The translations under genes were made by a program, and so were the position numbers. Shown here in pieces: positions 9,225 through 16,656 of a stretch of 51,311 nt of DNA (within the stretch, counting starts at the first letter, position 1; each line of letters starts with the position of its first letter). Under the pieces are notes generated by a model, which was given only the letters and a program-made list of their open reading frames with translations, ran no database searches and was not told the origin of the DNA. The DNA is from a virus (lineage: Duplodnaviria > Caudoviricetes): positions 1 to 51,311 of IMG/VR virus record IMGVR_UViG_3300027861_000004; one strand, 5' to 3'.

Positions 9225-9351
9225 ATAAAAAAACCACCAGCCTTGCTTGTGAAACGTATAAATACAACGTATTCAGGCGGTGGTTTGAATTATGACTCTA
9301 TACGTTTCATCAAGCAAAGTCAAGTGTATTTTATAATCATAGTTGCGTCAA
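9225..9351 (-). promoter_or_regulatory. Tandem promoters plus terminator/antiterminator leader of the replication operon
   Basis: TTGACG(9351-9346)-N17-TACACT and TTGACT(9323-9318)-N17-TAGAGT; terminator AAACCACCGCCT/AGGCTGGTGGTTT+T-run; competing helix TTGCTTG-A-TGAAACGTATA (9317-9299) with TATACGTTTCA-CAAGCAA (9260-9243). Confidence 0.7.
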
Positions 9352-9358
9352 GAACTAT

Positions 9359-10063
9359 TTAGTAAATCTGAGTTTCGACTTCTTCGATCTTTAGTCCAGG
9401 TATTTCTCGAACATTATTCTTTATTGCTTCACGAACAGCTTTTTTGTCAACGGTCTTGATGATATACTTGTCAGGTACATCATCAACATTCATAATGCAT
9501 GTCAATTTCCACTGTTTCCTGACTTTAGTAGAATCGATCTGAGATAATGGAGCAGCAGCGGCCTCGAGAGGTTCGGCATCAACCTGAACCTTAGAGCCAT
9601 CGCCACCCTTGGCAATACTAATGTTCTTACGTCTTTGTTCTTCTTTGGCAGCCTTAGCTTCTTTGGCGGCATTTTCATCGGCAATACGTTTATTCTCTGC
9701 ATCGATCAAACGTTGTTGCTCGGTTCGATATGCCTGCACTTTCTTCTTGCCAGCATTAAAACAAATTTCAAAAAGTTCACTAATGTTTTTAGCTTGCATG
9801 TTTATATCAGCAGTAGCCACGCGTAGTGGTTTTGTTACTTCTAGACGAGACTTGTCGATATGCTTAAGTATCTTATTAAGGCTCGTTAGGTGTTCGTTCA
9901 ACACGTCACACTGAGCCTGATTTGTCACTTCTATCTTATTGATTTTGGCGACAAGTTTCTTTCCTTCTGGCTGAGTCAGGAGCATGTGTTGTGTACTGAT
10001 TGGATCCATGTCATTGACAAGGATTACTCTGGTTACATCTACAGCAATTTTTTCTGACGGCAT
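9359..10063 (-). CDS. Coiled-coil phage protein, Gp157/Gam-like C-terminus
   Basis: Long coiled coil; C-terminal VPDKY..VDKKAVREAIK...EIPGLKI. Confidence 0.65.
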   Translation of the reverse strand: MPSEKIAVDVTRVILVNDMDPISTQHMLLTQPEGKKLVAKINKIEVTNQAQCDVLNEHLTSLNKILKHIDKSRLEVTKPLRVATADINMQAKNISELFEICFNAGKKKVQAYRTEQQRLIDAENKRIADENAAKEAKAAKEEQRRKNISIAKGGDGSKVQVDAEPLEAAAAPLSQIDSTKVRKQWKLTCIMNVDDVPDKYIIKTVDKKAVREAIKNNVREIPGLKIEEVETQIY

Positions 10064-10272
10064 TCGCGTCCTTTCGATTTTGGCAGTACGCCTCGTTTTC
10101 TTAAATTCATCAATGCTCTTGGAACATCAAATGGATTGGGTTTATGCATGAGTTCATAATATAGCTTGATGAGCTTTATTGATTCTCCTGCATCACAACA
10201 GATTCTATCGGCAGCCAAACCACTTTCATTGTTTAGTTGCAGATATGCTTTAATTAAAACATCTTCGTTCAT
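10039..10272 (-). CDS. Hypothetical protein
   Basis: ORF in the operon; ATG 10272 is the likely start. Confidence 0.6.
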   Translation of the reverse strand: MNEDVLIKAYLQLNNESGLAADRICCDAGESIKLIKLYYELMHKPNPFDVPRALMNLRKRGVLPKSKGRECRQKKLL

Positions 10273-10341
10273 AGTATTTCTTTCTTTAAAAAAGCCCACC
10301 ACGACGCTTGGGACGCCGTAGCAGGCTCGAGGGTGAGTTAA

Positions 10342-10533
10342 TTAAAAGGGTGCATCGTCATCGTCCAGGAATGGATTTGAGCTATCGTCAGGTTCGTAGG
10401 CATCACCATTAGACTCAACAAGAGTTTGTCCTTTCTTCATCTTGTTTTTACGCTCATGCTTTCCATAGAAATCGCGATTATACCCAGATTTCTTTTTCTT
10501 CTTTTTCTTCTTCGGTTCCGGCTTGTCAGTCAT
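10342..10533 (-). CDS. Lys-rich/acidic peptide with SSB-type C-terminus (DDDDAPF); possibly the frameshifted tail of the upstream gene
   Basis: Ends FLDDDDAPF; overlaps the upstream ORF as ATGACTGA. Confidence 0.55.
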   Translation of the reverse strand: MTDKPEPKKKKKKKKSGYNRDFYGKHERKNKMKKGQTLVESNGDAYEPDDSSNPFLDDDDAPF

Positions 10534-10786
10534 CCTCTTCGTCGTCATACGGAGGGAATACAGCGAATGAATCATTTTCGTGATTCAGATCAACTCTGAT
10601 CCCTGCCTCAAGGAGATTGTCAAGAACCTTGTCGGGTACTTTTGCAAAGATTACAAGTTCTCCAACTTTCCTGAAGTATGAAATTACTTCACCGTCATCG
10701 TTCTCAGCAGGAATGCCATCCTGCAGCTTAAATCTCTTTTTACAGATATTAAGTTTCGTTAGTCCTTTTTTTCTTTTTTTGCCCAT
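10526..10786 (-). CDS. Putative ssDNA-binding protein core
   Basis: Beta-rich 86 aa after ERF/NinB; acidic end continues naturally into the next frame. Confidence 0.5.
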   Translation of the reverse strand: MGKKRKKGLTKLNICKKRFKLQDGIPAENDDGEVISYFRKVGELVIFAKVPDKVLDNLLEAGIRVDLNHENDSFAVFPPYDDEEDD

Positions 10787-11252
10787 TTGACTTCTTTCTT
10801 TTAAATTTCTTAACTTTAAATTTATAACCCATACTTTTGGGTGACGGTACTACAACTCCAAGTGTTTCTGCACAAAAATAAATTGCTTCAGATATGAGAT
10901 CGCTCATATGGTCACAAGTTATATCTGCTTTTGATACTACGTATTCTAATTCAGTATCTTTGTTCTCAGTAAGAAATATCTTGGATAAAATCTTATCAGC
11001 TTGCTTGGGATTTACAAATGTCTCATAGGTATCAGTAAAGCCCTGTGCTGCATGAACACATACAGCCACATGCCAGTAGCCTAACTGAGGGTTTGTCTTT
11101 TCTTTATCAGCCTTAGAAAAATAGCCATGTATGAGATCGCCATCCTTAAAACTTCCACGTGCCCAAGCGTTCATCGTGTCTTTTTGGATTGGTACTATAT
11201 TTCCCTTTCGCATGCGGAATGGGAATCTTGGTTTATTTTTCCGTCTAACCAT
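10749..11252 (-). CDS. NinB/Orf-like recombination mediator
   Basis: KT..QLGYW...SKADIT...MSDLI..AI.FCAE.LGVVVPSP pattern; adjacent to ERF. Confidence 0.7.
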   Translation of the reverse strand: MVRRKNKPRFPFRMRKGNIVPIQKDTMNAWARGSFKDGDLIHGYFSKADKEKTNPQLGYWHVAVCVHAAQGFTDTYETFVNPKQADKILSKIFLTENKDTELEYVVSKADITCDHMSDLISEAIYFCAETLGVVVPSPKSMGYKFKVKKFKRKKSNGQKKKKRTNET

Positions 11253-11974
11253 CAGTCCCAGTCCTCGTCGTCGCCTTCTTCTTCTTCTTCAAAATCTTCT
11301 TCTTCCGGCTCCGGTTCTGGGTTAGACTTTTTCTTATTTTTAGAACGTTTTGGCTTAGCCTTATCTTTCTTCTTCTTGGCTTTTGCTTTAGCTTTCTCTG
11401 CCGGCGAATCATCTTCGTCGTCATTGCCTGAATAAGTGTCTTCGTTAGCATACTCAGGATCGTCGCCAGTTGGCAGCAGGAACGTCTTCATGAGGAAATA
11501 CTTCACGCCGCCTGTGATAGCCTTGTAAAGCCCTTTGTCGCCACCATCGCAACCTTGACCCATCCACATGTAGATTTCTCTATAGCCTGTTGTGAGGTCT
11601 GTTAGAGCCATACGCATTTCGATCGTATAGACACTTCCATTCTTTCCACTTCCAGGGCGAACCTCTATGAGGCGTGTAACCTCAACTGCAAATCCAAGGC
11701 CACAATTTTGCATCTCAGCTTTTACAGCTTTTACAGCAACTTCATCTGTAACATAGTTGTAATTCTGAAATTTGTTTTTACCTGTCTTCTCAAGACCTGT
11801 AATCCTGCTTGCAACGTCGATCTTGATCATACCAAGTTTCTGTTGTAGCTCAAGCTGTCTTTCGCTTGGCATACAGCCGCACATTGCTATCGGTGGATCG
11901 TAGGATATTGCATTTTCCACGACGTCTTCCATTTCGTCCGGCTTTTCTTTCTTTTTAGTTTTCTTCTTTGCCAT
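11252..11974 (-). CDS. erf: ERF-family single-strand annealing protein
   Basis: KTGKNKFQNYNYV...GQGCDGGDKGLYKAITGGVKYFLMKTFLLPTGDDPE. Confidence 0.9.
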   Translation of the reverse strand: MAKKKTKKKEKPDEMEDVVENAISYDPPIAMCGCMPSERQLELQQKLGMIKIDVASRITGLEKTGKNKFQNYNYVTDEVAVKAVKAEMQNCGLGFAVEVTRLIEVRPGSGKNGSVYTIEMRMALTDLTTGYREIYMWMGQGCDGGDKGLYKAITGGVKYFLMKTFLLPTGDDPEYANEDTYSGNDDEDDSPAEKAKAKAKKKKDKAKPKRSKNKKKSNPEPEPEEEDFEEEEEGDDEDWD

Positions 11975-12123
11975 TATTCATCCTTTTCAGAGAATACTAT
12001 TGTTGTTTCTGTTTCGTCCAGTACGGAATACACTGAACACAATTCGTCGCCTACTGTAAGTAGTTTGACTTCTTTATCTAAAGCTCCATCGCCTGCAAGT
12101 GCAAGCATTTCTCTAAGCGTCAT
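11974..12123 (-). CDS. Small hypothetical protein (49 aa, MTLREMLALAG...)
   Basis: Hand-translated; TAATG stop/start overlaps at both ends. Confidence 0.7.
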   Translation of the reverse strand: MTLREMLALAGDGALDKEVKLLTVGDELCSVYSVLDETETTIVFSEKDE

Positions 12124-13025
12124 TATTTTCCTTTTGGTGAATTATATAGATTGTAAAATTCATTGAGCAAACGAAACCCCTCAAGGTCACGTTCATAAAA
12201 TGGAGTGTAGTCTTTGTAATTACAACGACATGAAACTTTGTCGATTCGTAATACTCCATTACATATTGGTATAGGCAGTTTCTTTCCAGCTTTCAATCCA
12301 CTCAAATAAGCTCGAGCATCGCCAGCATCTTCCAGACAAGTCTGTTCTACATCTTCAAAGTAGGCATGCTTATAGGCCGCTGTCTGCATTCCATAATCAG
12401 CACTATACTGCTTGCTTGTCTTAATGTCAACAAGAGCCTTTACTCGGATCTTACGAAACTCTTTGGTTTCTTTATTGTCGTCACCTTTTAACCAGAAAGC
12501 ATTAAGGACACAAGCGATATCCATCCTGCCTTTGTAGGAAGTATCGTTTGTAACGAGTTTTTCAGTAGCAAGAACCTGAACTTCATGTTTAACGCACCAC
12601 GCTCTGAAGTTAGCCTTGATCTTGATTCTTCTAAACTCTTCGTCTGCAAGACTGTCTTCGTCAATTTCTATAGGCTCAGTACTCGCTGTGCCGGCGATTA
12701 GAGCTTTTAGGTATGCTTCGCAGTCATTATGTATTAAAGTCCCTAGATCAGTCGCCTGCTTGCTCCTGTCCTTGTACTCATACTTAGCAACTTCACCTTG
12801 CAATACAAATTCGTTCTGAAGTCTTTTAAGATATCCGGACTTAGATTCCCCTTTTTCAGGTAATCCAAAATCAAGGATAAACTCTTCGAGATTCTCAACG
12901 GCACAATCGGCAGCCCATTGTTTTAAGAATGGAATGTCAAGCAAACTGAGGATTGTCGTCACTGATGGCAGGAATTTACCTTTATGCTTATACCATCGTG
13001 GTTTGTCAGTTCCGAAAACGATCAT
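12123..13025 (-). CDS. PD-(D/E)xK exonuclease (recombination partner of ERF)
   Basis: LPSVTTIL, GTLIH, E, YKGRMD, VDIKTS, QTAAY motifs. Confidence 0.88.
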   Translation of the reverse strand: MIVFGTDKPRWYKHKGKFLPSVTTILSLLDIPFLKQWAADCAVENLEEFILDFGLPEKGESKSGYLKRLQNEFVLQGEVAKYEYKDRSKQATDLGTLIHNDCEAYLKALIAGTASTEPIEIDEDSLADEEFRRIKIKANFRAWCVKHEVQVLATEKLVTNDTSYKGRMDIACVLNAFWLKGDDNKETKEFRKIRVKALVDIKTSKQYSADYGMQTAAYKHAYFEDVEQTCLEDAGDARAYLSGLKAGKKLPIPICNGVLRIDKVSCRCNYKDYTPFYERDLEGFRLLNEFYNLYNSPKGK

Positions 13026-13233
13026 AATATTGTTCTTCCTTTACTGTTTCTCTGATTACTTCAAGTTCGCCCTTGTCTAGCATGTTGTAGATATTGATAT
13101 CGCCTTCGTTGAAAATGTCGTCAATTATGACTGTGCCTGAAGGCAATATCCTACCAACAACCTTAACTTTAATCAAGTCTTCGCTTGGAAGTTGTGTCAT
13201 TGTTTCTATTACGTATTCCTGAAATCTACTCAT
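13006..13233 (-). CDS. Hypothetical protein
   Basis: Acidic 75-aa ORF overlapping the exonuclease start. Confidence 0.65.
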   Translation of the reverse strand: MSRFQEYVIETMTQLPSEDLIKVKVVGRILPSGTVIIDDIFNEGDINIYNMLDKGELEVIRETVKEEQYYDRFRN

Positions 13234-13237
13234 AGTG

Positions 13238-14200
13238 TTATACCGTCAATAATTGAAGAGCATTGTCCTTAAGTTTCTTCGCAGAACCAAACATCACGCT
13301 ATCCATGCGTGCCAGGTCTTTAGATTTTCCCGAAGTAACACGGAAATTAGAATGATGGTCGGCAAATTCTGTTACAGCGTTATAAGCAGCCCATCGAGTA
13401 TTACGAAAGTCACGATGACCAGTCCCGCGATGGAATAGATTTACAATCTTTTCGCGTTTCTTTTTCGTTTTCGGTCCGACATGATTTTCTTTTTTGTCTT
13501 TCTCGGAAACAGGTACGATAGCTTCGGCAAGGTTAGTCATTTCACCAGTTGAGTATGGAGCGTCAAGCAGTTTGTTAAATGTCTCTTCGAGCTGCCTGTA
13601 ATAAACCTCGGCAGTTCCAAGTATCATCCTGCCTTGCCTGATACCATCTTGGTAGTTCTTAGAATGACGGATATTGAACGATGCTTTCCTGTCAAGTCCC
13701 ATCATCCCGTTTGTGCATATCTGTCTATAAGCGTATAGCTCTCCGATCAGTCCCATGCCACCATCATGTCCAGTACGCAAGAACATCCATTTGCTGATAG
13801 CATCGCCACCGATATTGAAATTATCGCCAAGCTGTGCGGCAAGGAAGACTCTGGATCCGTATGCGAATCCACCGTTAGGAAGTTGACCTGCACATCTGAA
13901 TGTGGCTTGACCTTCTTCTACGAGATGATCGCAAAATCCAAATACTTCTGAGTTCTGTATTGGCTGATAGCTCTTGCTCACAATCCCAAGCACATCACTC
14001 GTTCCGGACTTGATGACAGCTCTTTGTCGAGGTATCTTTTTCCCTACGATTGGAATGCCGTCTATCTTCCTGCTACTCACTAAATGCATTGGGGCAAGCT
14101 CAACTGTATAATTCAGTCCGGCTTGTTTCATTGCATCTGAAGCTGTCTTAGCTCCATCAATCGCTACTCCCATGTTCCGCCATGGTTTCTTTCTCTGCAT
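13238..14200 (-). CDS. DUF932-family phage/plasmid protein
   Basis: PW..MG..AGLNY.V, LGIVS..YQPIQN.E.F.F, GHDG, RQICTN, IRH, TRWAAYNAVTEFADH; start 14200 has a GAAAGGA SD. Confidence 0.88.
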   Translation of the reverse strand: MQRKKPWRNMGVAIDGAKTASDAMKQAGLNYTVELAPMHLVSSRKIDGIPIVGKKIPRQRAVIKSGTSDVLGIVSKSYQPIQNSEVFGFCDHLVEEGQATFRCAGQLPNGGFAYGSRVFLAAQLGDNFNIGGDAISKWMFLRTGHDGGMGLIGELYAYRQICTNGMMGLDRKASFNIRHSKNYQDGIRQGRMILGTAEVYYRQLEETFNKLLDAPYSTGEMTNLAEAIVPVSEKDKKENHVGPKTKKKREKIVNLFHRGTGHRDFRNTRWAAYNAVTEFADHHSNFRVTSGKSKDLARMDSVMFGSAKKLKDNALQLLTV

Positions 14201-14537
14201 CGTCTTTCCTTTCAGTGTTATGGTGTTCATTCCAATAATTATAATATTCAATTAGTTTTGATTCTACTGTACTAATTGCTGTTTGTAATCTTTTTTTTGA
14301 CTGACGATTTACCTCAAGTATCGTTGCATTGAATCCAGTAAATGCACCAAACTCTCTTATGCTTACAGATCCTTCGTTTCTAATCTTAACAGGTACTACG
14401 TTTAATCTGTAAGAACGAGGTATTTGCTTATAGGTTGCATAATTCGTTCCACCTTTATGAAACGTAAGTGCAAATTCTAATACACGTCCTTGCTTATCGT
14501 CAGGAATTGGTATCTGTTTCTTCCATAGAGCCGCCAT
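14157..14537 (-). CDS. Hypothetical protein
   Basis: ORF overlapping both neighbours. Confidence 0.65.
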   Translation of the reverse strand: MAALWKKQIPIPDDKQGRVLEFALTFHKGGTNYATYKQIPRSYRLNVVPVKIRNEGSVSIREFGAFTGFNATILEVNRQSKKRLQTAISTVESKLIEYYNYWNEHHNTERKDDAEKETMAEHGSSD

Positions 14538-14901
14538 TGTCTTTCCCTTCTGGCAATACGCCTATTAACATTGTTGGTGGTTTTGGCAGTACAACCCTGC
14601 CCGTTGGTTTCCATATATGCAAACAGTCTGGATGATTATTTACATAATCTTTCTTTGCAGGGTGATATTGCACGCAAGTCTCGTCTTCACCCCAGAACGC
14701 ATTCTTAAAGACACACATATCTTTCCAGGCTGGAGGTCCGTTATTTCCAAGCAGTACAATCGAAAGATGCTCCCATCCTTTACCCCATGAAAATATAGCG
14801 GTAAAGTATTGGCTAACAAATGCAACCCCATCTTTGCCTTCACCTGCAGGCTCAAAACCTAATTCTTTAATTCGTTTTTTGATGTCTTTTAATGTTCTCA
14901 T
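14500..14901 (-). CDS. Conserved phage protein (WEH.S...P.W..MC..K..FW...YHP....YVN.H..CLHIW family)
   Basis: Recognisable His-rich motif set; start 14901 has a GAAAGGA SD. Confidence 0.75.
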   Translation of the reverse strand: MRTLKDIKKRIKELGFEPAGEGKDGVAFVSQYFTAIFSWGKGWEHLSIVLLGNNGPPAWKDMCVFKNAFWGEDETCVQYHPAKKDYVNNHPDCLHIWKPTGRVVLPKPPTMLIGVLPEGKDNGGSMEETDTNS

Positions 14902-14970
14902 AATATTCCTTTCATAAAAAAACTGAACGCAAACCATCCTAGTCTACGCTCAGCCTATTGTAGCTACTAA

Positions 14971-15013
14971 GAAAAATATATTTAACCTTGCACTAAAGAA
15001 AGGTTAAATATAT
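14971..15013 (-). terminator. Perfect 14-bp hairpin closing the RAMP-array transcript
   Basis: ATATATTTAACCTT (14976-14989) / AAGGTTAAATATAT (15000-15013), 10-nt loop, then TTTT on the minus strand. Confidence 0.65.
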
Positions 15014-15034
15014 CATCTATTCCTGTTGCTTTTT

Positions 15035-15679
15035 TCTGCATGTCACTAAACTGCAATGCCCGAGCTAAACGATGCGTTTGTATTCCAGGCTAATCCATGG
15101 CCAAACAATTCGGCTCTGTTCCTTAGCAGTTCTTCGCGTTTCCTTACTATACCCCAGCAATTCTATTCCGAGCTATACCCCCGCAAGTCTACACTTCGCT
15201 ATTCCTCTGCAATTCTATTCTTCGCTTAGCTAGGCCACGGCTTCACTGTTCCTAGCGTTTCCATTTCTTTGCTCTTCTTACCCCAGCTTCGCCATTGCTA
15301 CTCACATACAGGCATTGCCCCGCCCTGGCTTTGTTTGGCACCGATGCTCTCCGCTGTCGCATTTCATTTCACTGCTTTGCCGTCGCTCATCAATACCGCT
15401 TTCAGCTATTGCCGTTCATTTCAATTCACTGCTCTGCCATTGCTCTGCCTCGCTGCTACTCGCTTTGCCATCGCATTGCTCGTGCTTAGCTTTCCTTCTC
15501 ATTGCCGCCGCTAGTCAAGTCCGAACCTCTCGTCGCCTACGCCATTCTGTGTTCCGTCTCGCCTTTCCGTTGCCTTTCCGTTCTTAGCCTCGCCTGCTCG
15601 ACGTTCCGCCTTGCCTATCCTACGCACTTCTATCCAAGCCTATCTGTTGCTTTGCTGTCAGCCGATCGCTCCGCCTAGC
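15035..15679 (-). ncRNA. Non-coding array of degenerate pentamers NG(C/A/T)-NN in 5n+1 nt units; putative guide-RNA array for the RAMP protein
   Basis: Begins at the RAMP stop codon. Example units on the minus strand: GGA.AT AGC.GA AGT.GT AGA.CT TGC.GGG (15205-15180) and GGT.AT AGC.TC GGA.AT AGA.AT TGC.TGG (15179-15154). No minus-strand ORF of 60 aa or more. Confidence 0.75.
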
Positions 15680-16348
15680 CTATGCTGTTTCTGCAATGAC
15701 CGAGCATTTGTACGTAAAACGACCACAACCTGAATTACGCCACTGTCCGAAACCACGGAGTTTTCCATAGTCGAGACATTGCTTTATAAACTTTTCCAGG
15801 TTCTTGTTCAGAAGAAGGATATCAAACTCCATCGTAGCACCGTCCGGGATCGCTTCGCTCCTTGCAAGAGCTATTCGTTCACCTCTCATTGTTTCTGCAC
15901 GTAAAGGACGTTCAATGTAAGTGATATCGTCCGGAGTATAGTCTGCAAAGAACACACGCCTGTCAGTAATAAATACAAGCTGATCGATTGTTTTCTTGAT
16001 AAGATACTGAGTGCATCGGATCTTTTTCAGTTCTTCCTTTGTGTAGATTCCAGCAGCGATAAGAGCTTGGCCGGCATCTTTGAAGAAACCTTTGATCTGA
16101 TAGTCATACATGAACAGCTTATTATCGATCCGAGGGAAATAAGTTGTCTTCTTTTTCATTTCTGCTTCATCGACAATGCCATCATCAATGTCTTGAGACA
16201 GTTTGCCAATTACTCCTGCTTCTTCTGCCTTTTTATCTTCCGGACAATTCTTTGACATATGATCCGTAAAGATGTCTGGGTTTCCGCTTGTTGTGCCTAA
16301 GATAGGCTCAATGAATTTAACCGATACTTTCAATTTTAACGCTGCCAT
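15680..16348 (-). CDS. Stand-alone Cas7-like RAMP-superfamily protein
   Basis: N-terminal strand + PILG (LKVSVKFIEPILGT), YQIKGFFKDA helix, SEAIPDGATMEFDI strand, C-terminal G-rich loop RGFGQWRNSGCGRF. Confidence 0.8.
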   Translation of the reverse strand: MAALKLKVSVKFIEPILGTTSGNPDIFTDHMSKNCPEDKKAEEAGVIGKLSQDIDDGIVDEAEMKKKTTYFPRIDNKLFMYDYQIKGFFKDAGQALIAAGIYTKEELKKIRCTQYLIKKTIDQLVFITDRRVFFADYTPDDITYIERPLRAETMRGERIALARSEAIPDGATMEFDILLLNKNLEKFIKQCLDYGKLRGFGQWRNSGCGRFTYKCSVIAETA

Positions 16349-16490
16349 ACTAATTCCCTTTCAAAAAGTTAATTTAATTTATTATTCAGCTCAAGGCTGG
16401 ACGAGAGTGCCTGCATTCTACGGTCGGACACCTCACCATCATGATTCTCTCTGCCAATCGTCCTGTCCTTGAAAGGTCTGCTTTAATGAA

Positions 16491-16563
16491 CTGTCAAGGT
16501 GGGACTTGAACCCACATCTGGTCATTATACGTTTCACATGCTCTAGGCTTGAGCTACTTGACA
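16491..16563 (-). ncRNA. tRNA-like RNA with non-canonical anticodon arm (C4/CI-type antisense candidate)
   Basis: Acceptor stem TGTCAAG/CTTGACA, D stem GCTC/GAGC, T arm GTGGG-TTCAAGT-CCCAC; no D-loop GG, no canonical anticodon stem, no encoded CCA. Confidence 0.75.
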
Positions 16564-16641
16564 ACACTACTTTCTGTAAACAATCCACGCATCTGATCCG
16601 CAGTAGTCGCGTTCGGGCTTTAGAGGCCGGATGCTAGAATT

Positions 16642-16656
16642 TTAATAACTTCTCAT
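16642..16656 (-). CDS. Minigene MRSY* behind a perfect Shine-Dalgarno
   Basis: AAAGGAGGTG (16670-16661) TATT ATG AGA AGT TAT TAA. Confidence 0.45.
   Translation of the reverse strand: MRSY

Noticed and set aside
12123-13025. Cas4 adaptation nuclease partnering the RAMP
   Set aside because: Lacks the Cas4 C-terminal Cys cluster and sits with ERF/NinB as an ordinary recombination exonuclease.
15269-15587. Plus-strand ORFs (81, 64 and 90 aa) over the array
   Set aside because: Antisense to every real gene, low-complexity Leu/Cys/Ser/Pro products, no RBS; by-products of the pyrimidine-rich 5-nt repeat.
15035-15679. Canonical CRISPR array
   Set aside because: No identical 23-47 nt repeats separated by unique spacers; conservation is at the pentamer level; no cas1/2/5/6.
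16491-16563. Functional tRNA-Thr(CGT)
   Set aside because: The anticodon stem does not pair, and there is no U33 or D-loop GG.
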